The position numbers were made by a program, and so were the translations under genes. The notes under the pieces were generated by a model. It ran no database searches. It was not told where the DNA came from and saw only the letters and a list, made by a program, of their open reading frames with translations. A stretch of DNA of 64,000 bases from Octopus vulgaris. Taxonomy: Eukaryota. The stretch spans positions 45,508,001-45,572,000 of the forward strand of contig OX597824.1 of assembly GCA_951406725.2 (NCBI GenBank), in the 5' to 3' direction. Numbering within the stretch: the first letter of the stretch is position 1; each line of letters begins with the position of its first letter. Below are positions 39,901 to 53,032 of the stretch, piece by piece.

Positions 39901-40796
39901 CGAGGTGGTATCAAAAAGTTTCTGGACTAATTCTGTAGCACACCAACAGATGGCAGCATACAGTTGCATGCAGTGAGGGCTAGCAGTGACTTTCACAAGG
40001 CAGTGTGCTGAGTAACATTGCAGTTTACTTTACAAGTTGTGAAATTTGTGCTTTTGTGATCGTGTGTATGTTGTAATCTGCGATTTTGTCATAAACAGGA
40101 ACAAAGAGCTAATGTGAAATATTGCGTTAAGCTTGAGAAGTCTGTTACATAGACCTTGAGTATACTTTGGCTAGCTTACAGTGATAAGGCAATGGGTCAT
40201 GTGCACTGTTTCAAGTGGCATGGGTGCTTCAAAAGCAGAAGAACATCTCTGGAAGATAATGAGCAATCTGGAAGATCTGTCACAAGCATTGCCTCCAGAA
40301 ATGTGATATTGTACATCGAGAATTTGTCCCCCAGGGCCAGACTGTCAATTGAGAGTTCTACTGTGATGTTTTTAAGCATTTGAGGGGACATTCAGTGAAA
40401 GCAACTGGGTCTGTGGAGTGCAAAGAACTGGACTCTTCACTGAGCTCTCCTAACTTGTGAGTTCCTTACCAAAAACAACATGGTATCATGGTACTGCTTC
40501 CATACCTGCCCTATTCACCAGATTGAGCACCATGGGACTTCTACCTCTTCCTCAAGATGAAAATACAGCTCAAAGGTCACCATTTTAACACCAATGTCAA
40601 GATCCAGAGTGAATCGCAAAAGGTCCTCAACTCACGGAAAACGATTTCCTGGCCGGGTTCCAAAAGTGGCAGGAACATTGGGACTGGTGTATTGCTGTGC
40701 AAGGTGACTATTTCAAAGGAGATGATATTAAAACTTAGGTAAATAAGTTATTTTTATTAAACATAACTAGTCCTGGAACCTTTTAATACCATCTCA
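39901..40796 (+). mobile_element. Internally deleted mariner element
   Basis: TA|cgaggtggtatcaaaaagtttctggacta ... tagtcctggaaccttttaataccatctca|TA. Transposase relics CFKWHGCFKSRRTSLEDNEQSGR and HLPYSPD*APWDFYLFLKMKIQLKG (YSPDL motif). Confidence 0.88.
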
Positions 40797-41779
40797 TATA
40801 GAGCAATTAGTGGCATCGACAATAATGCTCACACTCAACCTATGTCATGATAAAAACCTCAATATATGCACAACACCAAGCAAACACCGCAACAAAGGAG
40901 ACAGTATTGCAGAAAACGACACAATATCTGGATTCCAAAAAAAAATCTATTACTCTCTTTTGTACACCCTTCCTAACTTACACTCTCTTGCAAATCCCAA
41001 TACTGATCCAGACCCTCAACCACCAAAATGATTTACAAATCAAAAAATGAAAATATATGATAGTTTCAACAACAAAAACCACCAGGATGTATGGTTCTAA
41101 TTACATCAATGTTTTCAACTATATTCCCTACTATTCGCTAAAAAATTTTCAACATTTTCAAGAAGCAACACAAAACCTGTTAGATTACCAACCTATGTGG
41201 TGTACAAAAAACTACCTGTCAGGTTACTAAGCCTATGTAGTATACAAAACACTTCTAGAAACTTTAATTTTTTAAATGGAGTAACTCAGAGACCTGTCTT
41301 CTTACCCTCACTATATGACCTTCTGACACCTCCACAAAATACTACACTCACATCCTCCTACCATTTTCCAGACACTGCTGCACAACTACATTTTTTCATT
41401 TGGTAATGCACACCATATACAAAAACTTAATTTTACCCATTTTCTGTTTGTAAATGTATGGTCATTGTTTGAGCTAAGTGATGTGTAATGAATCAAAATA
41501 ATAACATTATATTTTTCTATGATAGTCATAATACATTAAACATTTATTATATTTTAAAAGTGTGCCTGTAAGATTGTATTACTTGAGGTTGCTTATTATC
41601 TTACTAATACATTGAAACAATTCAGAAGTAAAATGTAATACTGAAATGGTAAGATCAAAAGAATGAAATGTACTTAGTTTCTGCATATATACTTCTGAAA
41701 ATCTTATTTATTTCAATAACCCCTTAATACAAGTAATAACACTGCAACAGTAATCATTTTGTTACTATATATTGTTTAA

Positions 41780-41996
41780 CCCTTTAGAATTTAATGCGAT
41801 CCTATCCAATCCAAATATTCTCCCTGTTTTATGTTCAAACCAGCCAGATATGACCACTTGCACCTACCTTACAATATTCTAAAAATAAACAATCATCCCA
41901 TTGAGATCTCAAAGCTACAAGATAATGCAGGATTAATTCAAAATAATGTGAATAAATAAGCATTACATTTGACAGCATAATTTGAATGCTAAAGGG
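41780..41996 (-). mobile_element. piggyBac-type MITE, family A, opposite orientation
   Basis: TTAA|ccctttagaatt ... aatgctaaaggg|TTAA; internal sequence is the reverse complement of 43650-43862. Confidence 0.85.
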
Positions 41997-43649
41997 TTAA
42001 ATTTTTCCAAGTTCATATTTTTCATAATATATTTTGCCTGGAACAACTTAGATCTTTGTGCTTTTCACTCCAATACATAGGTCCGAAAATTTGTGCAATA
42101 ATTGTTCATATTTTATAAAAAATATTTTTGCTTAGAATTAATTCACTGATATGTTATTTTATCATTGATTTCAATAGAAATTTTAAACAGATATATATAT
42201 TTTCTAATTTATGAAGTCATTAAATTTTAAGTAAATAGTTTTTCTTAAGAGCAAAAAATCAACAAGTGCAAAATGTGATTTAAGTTCACAACTGCAAGTT
42301 TCCAGGTTTAGTCCCACAGCATGATGCCTTGGGGAAGTGTCCTTTACTATAAATACAGAAGTGTTCCACATATTTAATATGGTGAGTTGAAAAAGTAACT
42401 GAGATTTATCCACACAACTAGTAGGGAAGGAAAAAGAAAACACTCACTCAGGGGATATCTAAACTCTATAAGCAGGCAACAGTGACAACTTGTATAAAAA
42501 ACGGATTAACTAAAATTTAGGGTAACAGAGGAAAATGGTGCAGTATGGAAATAAATCTGGTCTATAAGTGTTCTACTTGGTTGACAAATTGTACACTCTA
42601 CCTTGTCTGTGTACACACACACACATGCATATGTGCTATCTCCTTTCTGCCTTTTTTTTTCTCAACCCCTACAATGGCCTTAGCTTCTGAGACCTACCTA
42701 TCTGCATGTTCCACCACTCAAAAATGCATCCTCTTTTATCATTCCTGCTGTATCTCAGTTCTTGGTTCCTACAATGATTACATTTCTAAAACCTTTAGAG
42801 CTGCTACTTCCCGGAATTTTTGCTACTCACATTTTCCCTGAATATCAACCAAAATGATCACACCAATCCAGGATGTCGGCATGTTGCGTAGACACTACTA
42901 CTCCAGCTATCCTACAGAAAGAGATCATGGCTGAGAAAGAGATGCCAGAGAGGTGGGGAGAGTGTCAAATGCCATTAAAATGCCATTAAACAAACATGAG
43001 AGCTGCTTATAAGTTTTGTCTGTATTGAGATTTTATAAATATATCTTAAAACCAATATAAAAGTGGATCTCACAATACACACAGAACAAGGAAGAAAAAG
43101 AATTTGGTGTGGTTTAAGCTGAGACAAAAAAAATTCTCAAGTCAGTCTTCAGGTGGATTAGTTATAATGCTTGAAACAAAAGAACGAGTAATTAAAATCC
43201 ACTAAATGTTATAGAGAGCACCAAAATATCTACACAGATAGATAGCTAAGCCTAGTAAATTAGAAGTGCAACCAGTATAATCTAAGATTATATTTGCAAT
43301 CATACACATGCACACAAATACTTAAAAAGAAAGAAAAAAATTAAAATTGAATTGATCTAGTGAGTAGATTTTTTTTTACAGCATTTGAAGTCAAGTAGTA
43401 AAGAAAAATGACCAAATTTACATGAGAGAGAGAGAGAGTTATGTGTATCATCACAAATTTTAAAATATATAAAGTGCAGCTAAAAATCTCAGAGTTATTG
43501 TCTGGGAATTAGCTACACTTAATGTTAAGCAAGCAGAGTCCTGGTACAATCAGACTAAGAGCTAAAATACCTCAGATCTCCTCAGTATTGAGCAAGCTCC
43601 CAATGCAATAGATTACAACTACATTAGAGAACAATTGACATTTATTTAA

Positions 43650-43862
43650 CCCTTTAGCATTCACATTAATCTATCAAAAGTAATGCTTATTTATTCACAT
43701 TGCTTTGAATTAATCATACTTTTATCTTGTAGCTTTGAAAATCTGATGATGTTTTAATGTTTAGAATGACATTGTAGGGTAGGTGTGAGGGGTCCAATCA
43801 GGTCAGTTTGAACATAAAACAGGATATTTAGGCCTGATATGGTTGGTTTGAATGCTAAAGGG
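43650..43862 (+). mobile_element. piggyBac-type MITE, family A
   Basis: TTAA|ccctttagcattca ... tgaatgctaaaggg|TTAA, perfect 14-bp TIRs. Confidence 0.9.
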
Positions 43863-44979
43863 TTAAGAATTAAAAAAATCTAGATTTTATTGATGGGGAA
43901 AAACAGCACAATATTTTATTCAATAATCAATCACAAATAAATATAAAGAATATTTTAATGTGATGGGTATAATTTTAAAATACATTGAAACAGACTATCA
44001 AAGAATTTATAGCAAAGTAAAGGGACTAGGTACCCAAGTTAACAGATAAAATAGAGATCTGATAAGAATGTAAGTGTGCTAAATGAATACAGTATACTAT
44101 GGTCCTATGTTTCCTCAGGGTAATGATTTGTTTGAATGAAAATTCTGAACTAATGACAAACTAACTTGAATTGTATAACATTAAAATGGTGATAGCAAAC
44201 GTGTTGTAAATCCAATAAAATTTCATAAGATAGAAGGAAAAAAAAAGAAACAAGTAAAAACAATAATGTAGCAGCATAGTTAATCAGGTAGATTAGATGG
44301 TACATAATTATGCAAGTTTCAATTACTAATGTTTGAAACATTTCAGTTAATGTTTGGCAGCATATAGGTGCAGGCATTACAATGAGGTTAAGAAGTTTCC
44401 TTCCTAACCACATGGAAGGTGTGTGTTTGAGTGTGTTTGTGTCTCCTTGTGTGATTGTTGTACATTGTGTCCATTTCCAACATTCTGTGAAAATGTATTT
44501 GGCCATAGGAAAATATTACCTTCCTTGGAAATAGGTGAGGGTTGGCAACAAGAAGGGCATAACATATACCTCAATAAACTCCATCCAACTATTGCAAGCA
44601 AGGAAAAGTGAACATTAAAACATTGGCCCATGGAGAAAAAAAACTATTTCAAATCACCAAGCTGAAATATAAGAAAACACTTGACGAACTAATACCCAAC
44701 TCAGACTGATGCTAGTACTACCTATTAAAGACTACAGAAACCAGATTGAAATATCCCAAATGAGAGTGGTATATAGCATTCATTTAGTTAAACTGAAACA
44801 AACATTGAGAACACAATGATTGTAGCAAAGCTTGAACTTATGATCATATAATCAAAGGTTTACTACCCCTGTCCAACACACCTTTAAACTTTTAGCAATC
44901 AGATTACTTTGTTGAATGTAATGCTTATATATTCACACTGTTTTAAATTAATCATGCAATATCTTGTAAATTTGATAGA

Positions 44980-45955
44980 GACACTGTCAGGAAGTTGAGA
45001 ATTAACCACAAGCACAGCAAAGAATTTGGTGTACAGGCAGGTGTTCATCAAGGCTCAGTCCTCAGTCTCCTTTTCCTTATTGTCCTCCAGGCCATAACAG
45101 GAATTCAAGACCAGCAGCCCTTGGGAACTAACATTCTGACTATCTTGCCCTCTTAGCTGATTCCATATCAGAACTAGAAGAGAAATTCCAGGTGTGGAAG
45201 CAAAATCTGGTATCTAAAGGCCTTAAGGTTCACTTAGCAAAGACTAATGTCTTAGTAAGCAAGAAAACAGACAGGACCCTACCCGCTTCAGGTGGCCCTG
45301 TTCAATTTGTAGGAAAGGTGTAAACAGAAATTCCTTACAGTGTAGCTAGTGTAAGATATAGATACACAAGAGGTGCAGTGGATTAATAGGAAGGTTACCA
45401 GAGAAGGTAGTGTTTGTATGTGGAAGATGCACAGGATCCTTGAAACCTATAGAAACTCAGGAAATTGATTCTCTCAAATGTCTTGGTGGCCCATTAGAGG
45501 TAGTAGATAATTTGTTACCTAAGGGACCAAATTAATAGTGGGGGAGGATGCACAGAGAGTGTGATAGCTTGAATAAGAATAGGATGGAGGAAATTCAATG
45601 AGTTGTCACCTGTGGTTTCTCTCTTTTGAGTGAAAAGAAGATTGCATGATGCATGTACACGGACAGCAATTCTATATGGTAATGATATGTTGACTCCGAA
45701 TGTAGAGGACATGTGTAGGTTAGAGCAGATTAGAGAGGAATGGCCTACAAGAAACCGGTACAGGTGCCACATAAACGCACCTGTGTTGTGTCACATAAAC
45801 GCACCCAGCACACTCTGTAAAGTGGTTGGTGTTAGGAAGAGTATCCAGCCATACAAACCATGCCAAATCAGACTGGAGCCTGGTGCAGCTCCCCAGCATG
45901 CCAGCTCTGGTCAAACTGTCCAGCATGGACAACAGATGTTAAATGATGATCGTGA
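44980..45955 (+). mobile_element. Degraded RTE LINE (RT 3' half plus tail)
   Basis: GVHQGSVLSLL, ELEEKFQVWKQNLVSKGLKV, CSICRKGVNRNSLQC..HKRC..CGRC, tail ggttggtgttaggaagagtatccagcc...gttaaatgatgat. Confidence 0.88.
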
Positions 45956-47109
45956 TAGACATGTATACAAATTGTTAGAACAAATATTTTAGAGGTAAAT
46001 GCACTTGATACCAATAACTCTGCTGTAGAAGTAGGTAAAAAATAGTTCACTAAAAAATATTAATCTTTCATTTTCACTGTTGCTACTTAGTCCAAGGCTA
46101 GCCTGGTAGACCTGTGATCAAAAGCTTTTTAACTATAATCACTACATCTGTATTTTCTTTTTCAGGTAGAAGACTATATCATTAAATGTATTCCTTTTTT
46201 TTTTAGACAGTAGAGTGTAATGCAAGGGAATTTTTTTTTGCTATTTCTAGAAGATCTCTTTTTTGCTTCAAATAAATTTCAAATACACATTCAGGTAATA
46301 AATTTAGTCATATATTGGATGGACAGAAGAACTATGTTAGGTTGATGAGTAATTACTGATACAAAGAATGCTAAACAAGACATAGAGGTAAGCTAGTTAA
46401 AAATTTGATATGAGGTGGAACAGACTTCTTGGATAAAATGAGACGTAAATGAAGAACAGATGTGTAGCTAATCTCCTTATTTTAAATTAAGAAGCAGCAG
46501 TTCCTATAGACTTTACAGAACCTCATATACTAAGAAATAAATATATAGCTGAGTGATATTAGAGCAGTAAATGTTTAGTTGCAATTATTGAAGATTAATA
46601 GACAGGTTACATGAGGAGGGAAGTCATTTTGAGGAGATGCAGGGTAAAGTACAAAGGATCTTAGTGTTGAGACAATGAAGGAGAGGTGGTTAAGTACCAG
46701 GCAAAATAGGCAGGTACAGTCATTGGATTTAAGTTGAAGTAGTATGGAGTTTAAGGGATGCATTGGACAAGATACACTGTATTTGCATAAAAAAGAAAAA
46801 ATGATAAGTCATTGCTGGAATGTCTTTCATCAAAGGTTTTCTTCAATTAGGGTTCACCTAAAGCTAAACAACACACAGCATCTGCAAGTAGCTCATTCTC
46901 ATATTTTCTTTCTGTAGATGTGTACATTCCAGTCTGACAAAAATAATTATGGAATAGTATTTTGCTGTTCGTTTGCTGATGTTAAGGATATTTGTTTATT
47001 ACCAATGTGTTTTTCTTTTCTCTGTAGAGAGAGAGAGGGAGAGAATGTGGATACTTGCCGCTGGACAATTTTTGCCAGCTACTGAAGATATATTTTTGTT
47101 TTTTTTTAA

Positions 47110-50100
47110 CATCATCATCATCATCGTTGTTGCTTAACATCTGTTTTCCATGCCGCATGGTTTGGACAGTTCGACTGAGGGCTGGCAAGCCAGAAGGCTG
47201 CACCAGGCTTCATTCTGATTTGGCAAAGTTTCTACAGCTGGATGCTCTTCCTAATACCAACCGCTCTGTGAGTGTAGAGAGTGCTTTTTATGTGCCACCA
47301 GCACAAGGTCCAGTCAGATGGTACTGGCATCAACCATGCTTGAATGGTGCTTTTTATGTGCCACTGGCACAGGAGACAGTCAGGCGATACTGGCAACAAC
47401 CACACTTTACGTGCCACCAGTATGGGTGCCAATCAAGCAGTACTGTCATCACCCACAACAATGACTTCACTTGACTCAACAGGTCTTTGCAAGCACAGTT
47501 ATATTGCCCAATGATTGACAAGTACTCTTAAATGGGCCAATTATGCTGCACTGGCATAGGCCACAGTTACAGTCCCACTTGGCTTGCTGGATCTTCTCAA
47601 GCACAGCATATTTCCAAAGGTCTCGGCCACTTGTCATTGCCTCAGTGAGGCCTTATGTTTGAAGGTCATGCTTCACCACCTCATCCCAGGTCTTCCTGGC
47701 TCTACCTCTTCCACAGGTTCCCTCTACTGCTAGGGTATGATACTTTTTCACACAGCTGTCCTCATTTATATGCAACACTTGACCATACCAGCACAGTCGT
47801 CTCTCTTGCACACGACATCTGATGCTTATGTCCAACTTTTCTCTTAGGGTGCTTACACTGTCGTGTATGCACACTGACATTACACATTCAGCAGAGTATA
47901 CTAGCTTCATTCCTTGCAAGCTTACGCATATCCTCAACAGTCACAGCCCATAGTTCACTGCCAAGTACCATGGCTGTTCGCACACGTGTCATACAGTCTA
48001 CCTTTTACTCTGAGCAAGAGGCTATTCTTATTCTAGCAGCTACACTCTCAGAGCATCCACCACTGCTACTGGCTTGGTCACCTACTTTTAGTTTTCCCCC
48101 TGGCATGTGATGGAAACTGTTTTCTGCACATTTTCAGTGTTTATTGCCCCTGAGCATTTGGCACACACAAAAAATATCTTCCCAGTTACCCTCCTTCGAT
48201 ATTGCTGTGTCTCTTATGTGTTCACAGCTTACACTGGATACATCTTATGGAGTTTCTATCTACACATTTTCTACAGATTGAGCAGGGCCACCTACCAGAA
48301 GGGATTTGTGATTTGTCTACCTTCCTACTTATTAAGACTTTGGTTTTTGCTAGAATGACTCTAAGGCCATTTGATTCTAGACCTTGCTTCAATACCTGAA
48401 ACTTCTTCTCTAGTTCTAATAGTGACTCAGCTATTAGAGCACGGTCATCAGTATACAGAAGCTCCCAGGGGCATCCTGTCTTGAATTCCTCTGTTATTGC
48501 TTGGAGGACTATGATGAATAAGAGGAGGTTGAGGACTGATCCTTGGTGGACCCCTACCTGGAATTATTCACTACACTTGTTGCCAACCCTCACCTTACTG
48601 ACAGCATCCCTGCACATGGCTTGTACAGCTCTCACTAACCACTCATCTTTCCCTAGTTTCTGCAGTAACCATTAGATAAGGTATCGGGGGACTATGTCAA
48701 AGGCCTTCTCCATGTCAATGAAAGCCAGATACAGAGGTTTATCTTTACTACCCACAAGGGGCTAAACACAGAGAGGACAAACAAGGACAAACGAATTAAA
48801 TCGATTACATCGACCCCAGTGCGTAACTGGTACTTAATTTATCGACCCCAAAAGGATGAAAGGCAAAGTCGACCTTGGCGGAATTTGAACCCAGAACGTA
48901 ACGGCAGATGAAATACGGCTACGCATTTCGCCCGGCGTGCTAACGTTTCTGCCAGCTCGCCGCCTTTTTGTAAAGACAGACGATATACCTATTTCTTTAC
49001 TACCCACAAGGGGCTAAACACAGAGGGCACAAACAAGGACAGACAAACGGATTAAGTCGATTACATCGACCCCAGTGCGTAACTGGTACTTAATTTATCG
49101 ACCCCGAAAGGATGAAAGGCAAAGTCGACCTCGACGGAATTTGAACTCAGAACGTAATGGCAGACGAAATACAGCTATGCATTTTGTCTTACCAGAAATA
49201 TAGCATCAGTGGTGCTTTTCCTTGGCACAAACCCAAACTGCACTTTGTCTAGACTGACTCTCTCCCTAATTAATTGGGCTATGACCCTCTCTGTGACTTT
49301 CATTACCTGATCCAACAACCTGATACCTCTGTAATTATTCATATCTAATGCAGCACCTTTACTTTTGCAGCAGTTGACTATGATGTTACTACACCAGTCA
49401 TTGGGTATGACTCCTTCATGTATCACCTGACTGACTATATGAGTGACCAGACTGACACTGCCAGACTATATGAGTGACCAGACTGACACTGCCAGATATT
49501 TTAAGCATCTCTGTGGTGATCCCTAATGGGTCAGGGGCTTTCCCTGTCTTTATATCCTTAATTGCTTTATCTACCAAGGTACTGTCAATTCGGATAGCTG
49601 GTCCCTCTGTTGGGTCGACATTTGGCAGACTCTCTTTCTCCCATTCATTCTCTTCATTTAGCAACCTTTCATAGTGGCATCTCCAAGTCTCTCTCTTTGC
49701 AGGCTCATTAAATGCAAGTGAGCCATTATCCATGTGGACACATTTCTCTCCTATGAGATCATGATTCTCTCTTACACACTGTTTTGCAATACTAAACACT
49801 TCAAGTCTTTGGTCCTCACGATGCAGAACATTGGCAAATTTTTTCTTATCTGCTTCCCCTCTGGCTAAGTAAACCCGTCTCCTAGCTTCCCTTCTGGCAA
49901 TCTGAGACAATTCTCTGTTACCACCATTCTTCCAGTCCTTCTATGCCTGTTTCTTTTCCCTAACAGCTCTGTCAACTACATTGTTCCACCACCATGTTAC
50001 CTTGGGTCGAGAGGGGACCTTGCACCATCCACAGATCTGGTCAGTAGCCCTCAACAGGTTGTCCTGTAGGAACTTCTAATTGTCTTCCACATCATGTGAT

Positions 50101-50403
50101 ATTATATCCCCCTCTATTTTGTTAAAAGGTTTGAGTAATACATCTCTAAATCTCTGTCCATTCACAGGATCCTTAAGCTTACAGACCCTTCTTCTCCATG
50201 ATGGTCATCTTCTGGGCGTCCATTTAGCCCTGATCCTAAAGTCATTAACTACTAATCTATGTTGTGGGGAACATTCTTCACCTGGAAGGTTCTGGCATTT
50301 ATAAGTATCCATTTCCTGGTGAGGATGTAATCAATTTGACTAGTGTGTCCACTAGATCAGTAGGTGAATAGGTGACTGGCAGGTTTCCTGAAGTTAGTAT
50401 TAC
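47110..50403 (-). mobile_element. RTE LINE, longer and older copy including part of the APE endonuclease
   Basis: Homologous to 34518-37249 along its length; upstream adds FRKPASHLFTY..QIDYIL (APE C-terminal motifs). (GAT)n tail at 47110-47125; interrupted by a SINE dimer at 48744-49180; short tandem duplication at ~49432-49495. Confidence 0.92.
48744..49180 (-). mobile_element. Head-to-tail dimer of a second tRNA-like SINE nested in the RTE
   Basis: Two near-identical units (48744-48964 and ~48990-49180). Minus-strand head ggcggcgagctggcagaaacgttag, B-box-like ggttcaaattcc, body gtcgactttgcctttcatcctttcggggtcgataaattaagtaccag. Confidence 0.88.
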
Positions 50404-52304
50404 ATCAGTTCAAGGAGCTATTTTGAAACCAATACTGCAGTTTATCAAGCTTTCATTGAGATATATATATATATATATACACTTTGAGTATGATACAAAG
50501 ATTGCTATTTTGAAATAATACTACTTCTTTCCTTGTAATGTGTGTGTGTGCGCGCATGTAGATAAGTATGTGTATCTCAGAATTGATGCATCATACCCCT
50601 ACATATTATAAGACTCGATGAAAAGACTTAGTGTCAAAAAGGGTATCTGGTCATAAAACACTGTCCTCACAAAAATCCCATCAAGAAAAATGATGGTGAT
50701 GATGATACATATATAAATATGTATACAAGGTCAAACACCACCATCTGGATAACTGCTAGGAAGGTGGGAAGTCTCCTACTAAATAAATTACGCTGTAAAC
50801 TGGTTGGGATTTGGAAGAGCATCCAGCTGTAAAAACCTTGCCAAAACTGACCTTGCTTGGTGGATGATTGGTGTTCAGAAGGGTATCCAGCCAAAACAGA
50901 CACAGAAGTGCAGGCTTCTGCTTGGCTGGCTCCTGTCAAACCGTCTCACCCATGCCAGCATGGAAGGCGGACGTTAAATGATGATGTGTATTTAATGTGT
51001 TGGTGTACACTCAAATATGGAAGTAGCATCATTACAGAAACTGTTTTGGGAGAGAAATTTTGGGCTATGAACAATGTTAAAAGTCTGTAGGATATGTGAT
51101 ACTACATTGTTATGCTTCATCAGCTATAGGCACTATATTAAATCTGTCATTCATAGCCTACTAAGAACTATTATTCTTATATTAGAACAGCAAATAATGA
51201 ATTTTCTTATGTGTGCAAAGCTTGGTCAAATTGGAATGAATTAAATAGTGATGGTCAAACATGGAAAGACCTGCTTTAGGAAAGAAATTCTCCTTGCAGA
51301 CAATATGTGTGAAAACATACCGTGCTGGGCTATGAATGACATCATCAGATTGTAGAGTGCCTCTAATTAAAAAATATAAAATATTGTAACAAAATACTAT
51401 TTGCTAACAGCTAAAGCATTAAACAATAATAATACTAAAAAAAAAAAAAAAATCAAGCAGGTTTACAACAGTATTCCTGATATTTGTGTGCTGCAGAACA
51501 TCATTACTCCTTTTATGAACATTACATAATGATTAATCTTTTCGAAAGAAGCAAGACTTGCTAATTTGAGCAAACCATCAAGGAAAGCATATTACAAGGA
51601 AATGAGTGAAAATAGGAATGATGAAGTACATAATGCCTGCTAAAGAAGGAACAAAGTAGAAACATCCATAATTAGAACAATTCTTATGAATAAAGATAAT
51701 ATTATCCTCTTCATATAAAATTGTTCTTTTTTGTTTTATTTTGCTCTTTGTCTTTGACTAGACTGAGCTAAACTACACTACACTTTACTGACGTGTTTAA
51801 GGAGTGTTTTAATAGATATGGATTCATATGTGCTGAAAATAAGTGTACAGTGATACTTAATGGGTTTGCTTCGTCTGATATTTCAGTTCTGTTATAATTG
51901 GCATCTATTAGTTTGCTCAGGCACCAGAAATGTAGCTATCCTTAGCAGAAATAAATTGCTGTTGCCAAGAGATAGAAACCTATGATGAGGAAATACAGGT
52001 TCATTTCAAGTTTGTAATTGAACCTTCAATTCGATAATTGACACCAGATGCATGTAAATAATTTAACTGCAGTAAAATATCCCCACTTACTTAATCCATC
52101 ACTGAGCAAGGAATCTTTTAGCATCCATCCCTACCTCTCACTTTAGTGGCACTTTACTTTGCTGGCACCAGATGTTTAGATCTTTAAATTTAGACTTTAC
52201 CTAGAAGCAGATATTTCTTTAGATTCAGCAGGTCAAAAGGGATGTTTTGTGGCTAAAAGCAGATTAGTAAAACAAAAATAAATATGATCAAAGTAATGAG
52301 TTAA

Positions 52305-52524
52305 CCCTTTCGTTACCAACCCGGCTGAAACCGGCTCTGGCTCTGAGTACAAATGTCTTGTTTTCATAAGTTTTGAATTAAAATCTTCCACCAAACCTTA
52401 GTGACAATTTATGTTCCTAACACTAGCTTAATGATAACTAAGTTATTTTACTAAATTCTGAGTTGTATTTAAAGTAATTGAAAGAAACACAGAACATCTC
52501 AAAATAAATACAGTAACAAAAGGG
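52305..52524 (+). mobile_element. piggyBac-type MITE, family B
   Basis: TTAA|ccctttcgttac ... gtaacaaaaggg|TTAA; close match to 13972-14193. Confidence 0.9.
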
Positions 52525-52866
52525 TTAAACTTCTATCTGAGCGAAGTAATTCTGCAAATTCCTCTTCCCTGAGTTAGCTAGAAAAGGGACTTGGCATTTT
52601 GTGAAAGTTATCTGCAATATGCATAAGGTTATTCAAGCAAAAAAATTGCCCAGAGTGCCATTGACAATAAAAGAAAAAAAAGAGATGCAAAGTTTATGAA
52701 CAAGAAAATTAATGGTACCTATTGTATTAATCTTCTAAAAAAAATGAAGGTTAACATCTATGGGGTTTTACCTCAAAAGTAAACATCACTCAAAATATCA
52801 CACAGCTAGTCATCTGGCTCCTTTTCTCAGAAACAGTTAATTATATAAGACCAATTTCCAACTTAC

Positions 52867-53032
52867 CTCATGATCTGGCACTTTCCTTGCAACTACACGG
52901 AAAGTGTTGTTGGATGTATGATGGAAGATTTGAACTTTGGAAAGGCCCTGCGATTTCCCTTTAGGGATCCATTTCTTATTGGGCTCATCATAGGTCATCA
53001 CCGAGGCTCGAGCAGTCACAATTGGTACTTCA
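52867..53032 (-). CDS. ena: Ena/VASP-family (enabled) coding exon, N-terminal half of EVH1 domain
   Basis: Minus strand: acceptor ttcttgtag|T GAA GTA..., donor GAG|gtaagt; 166 nt. Translates (S)EVPIVTARASVMTYDEPNKKWIPKGKSQGLSKVQIFHHTSNNTFRVVARKVPDHE, colinear with Mena/VASP [56 protein letters not shown]. The phase-2 start implies an upstream exon ending ATG AG, which I did not find in the window. Confidence 0.95.

Noticed and set aside
43110-43160. CTGAAGA plus hairpin on the minus strand; also CTGATGA at ~31106 (-), ~32849 (+) and ~58211 (-)
   Set aside because: No correctly placed GAAA, stem III and NUH triplet with a closing stem I.
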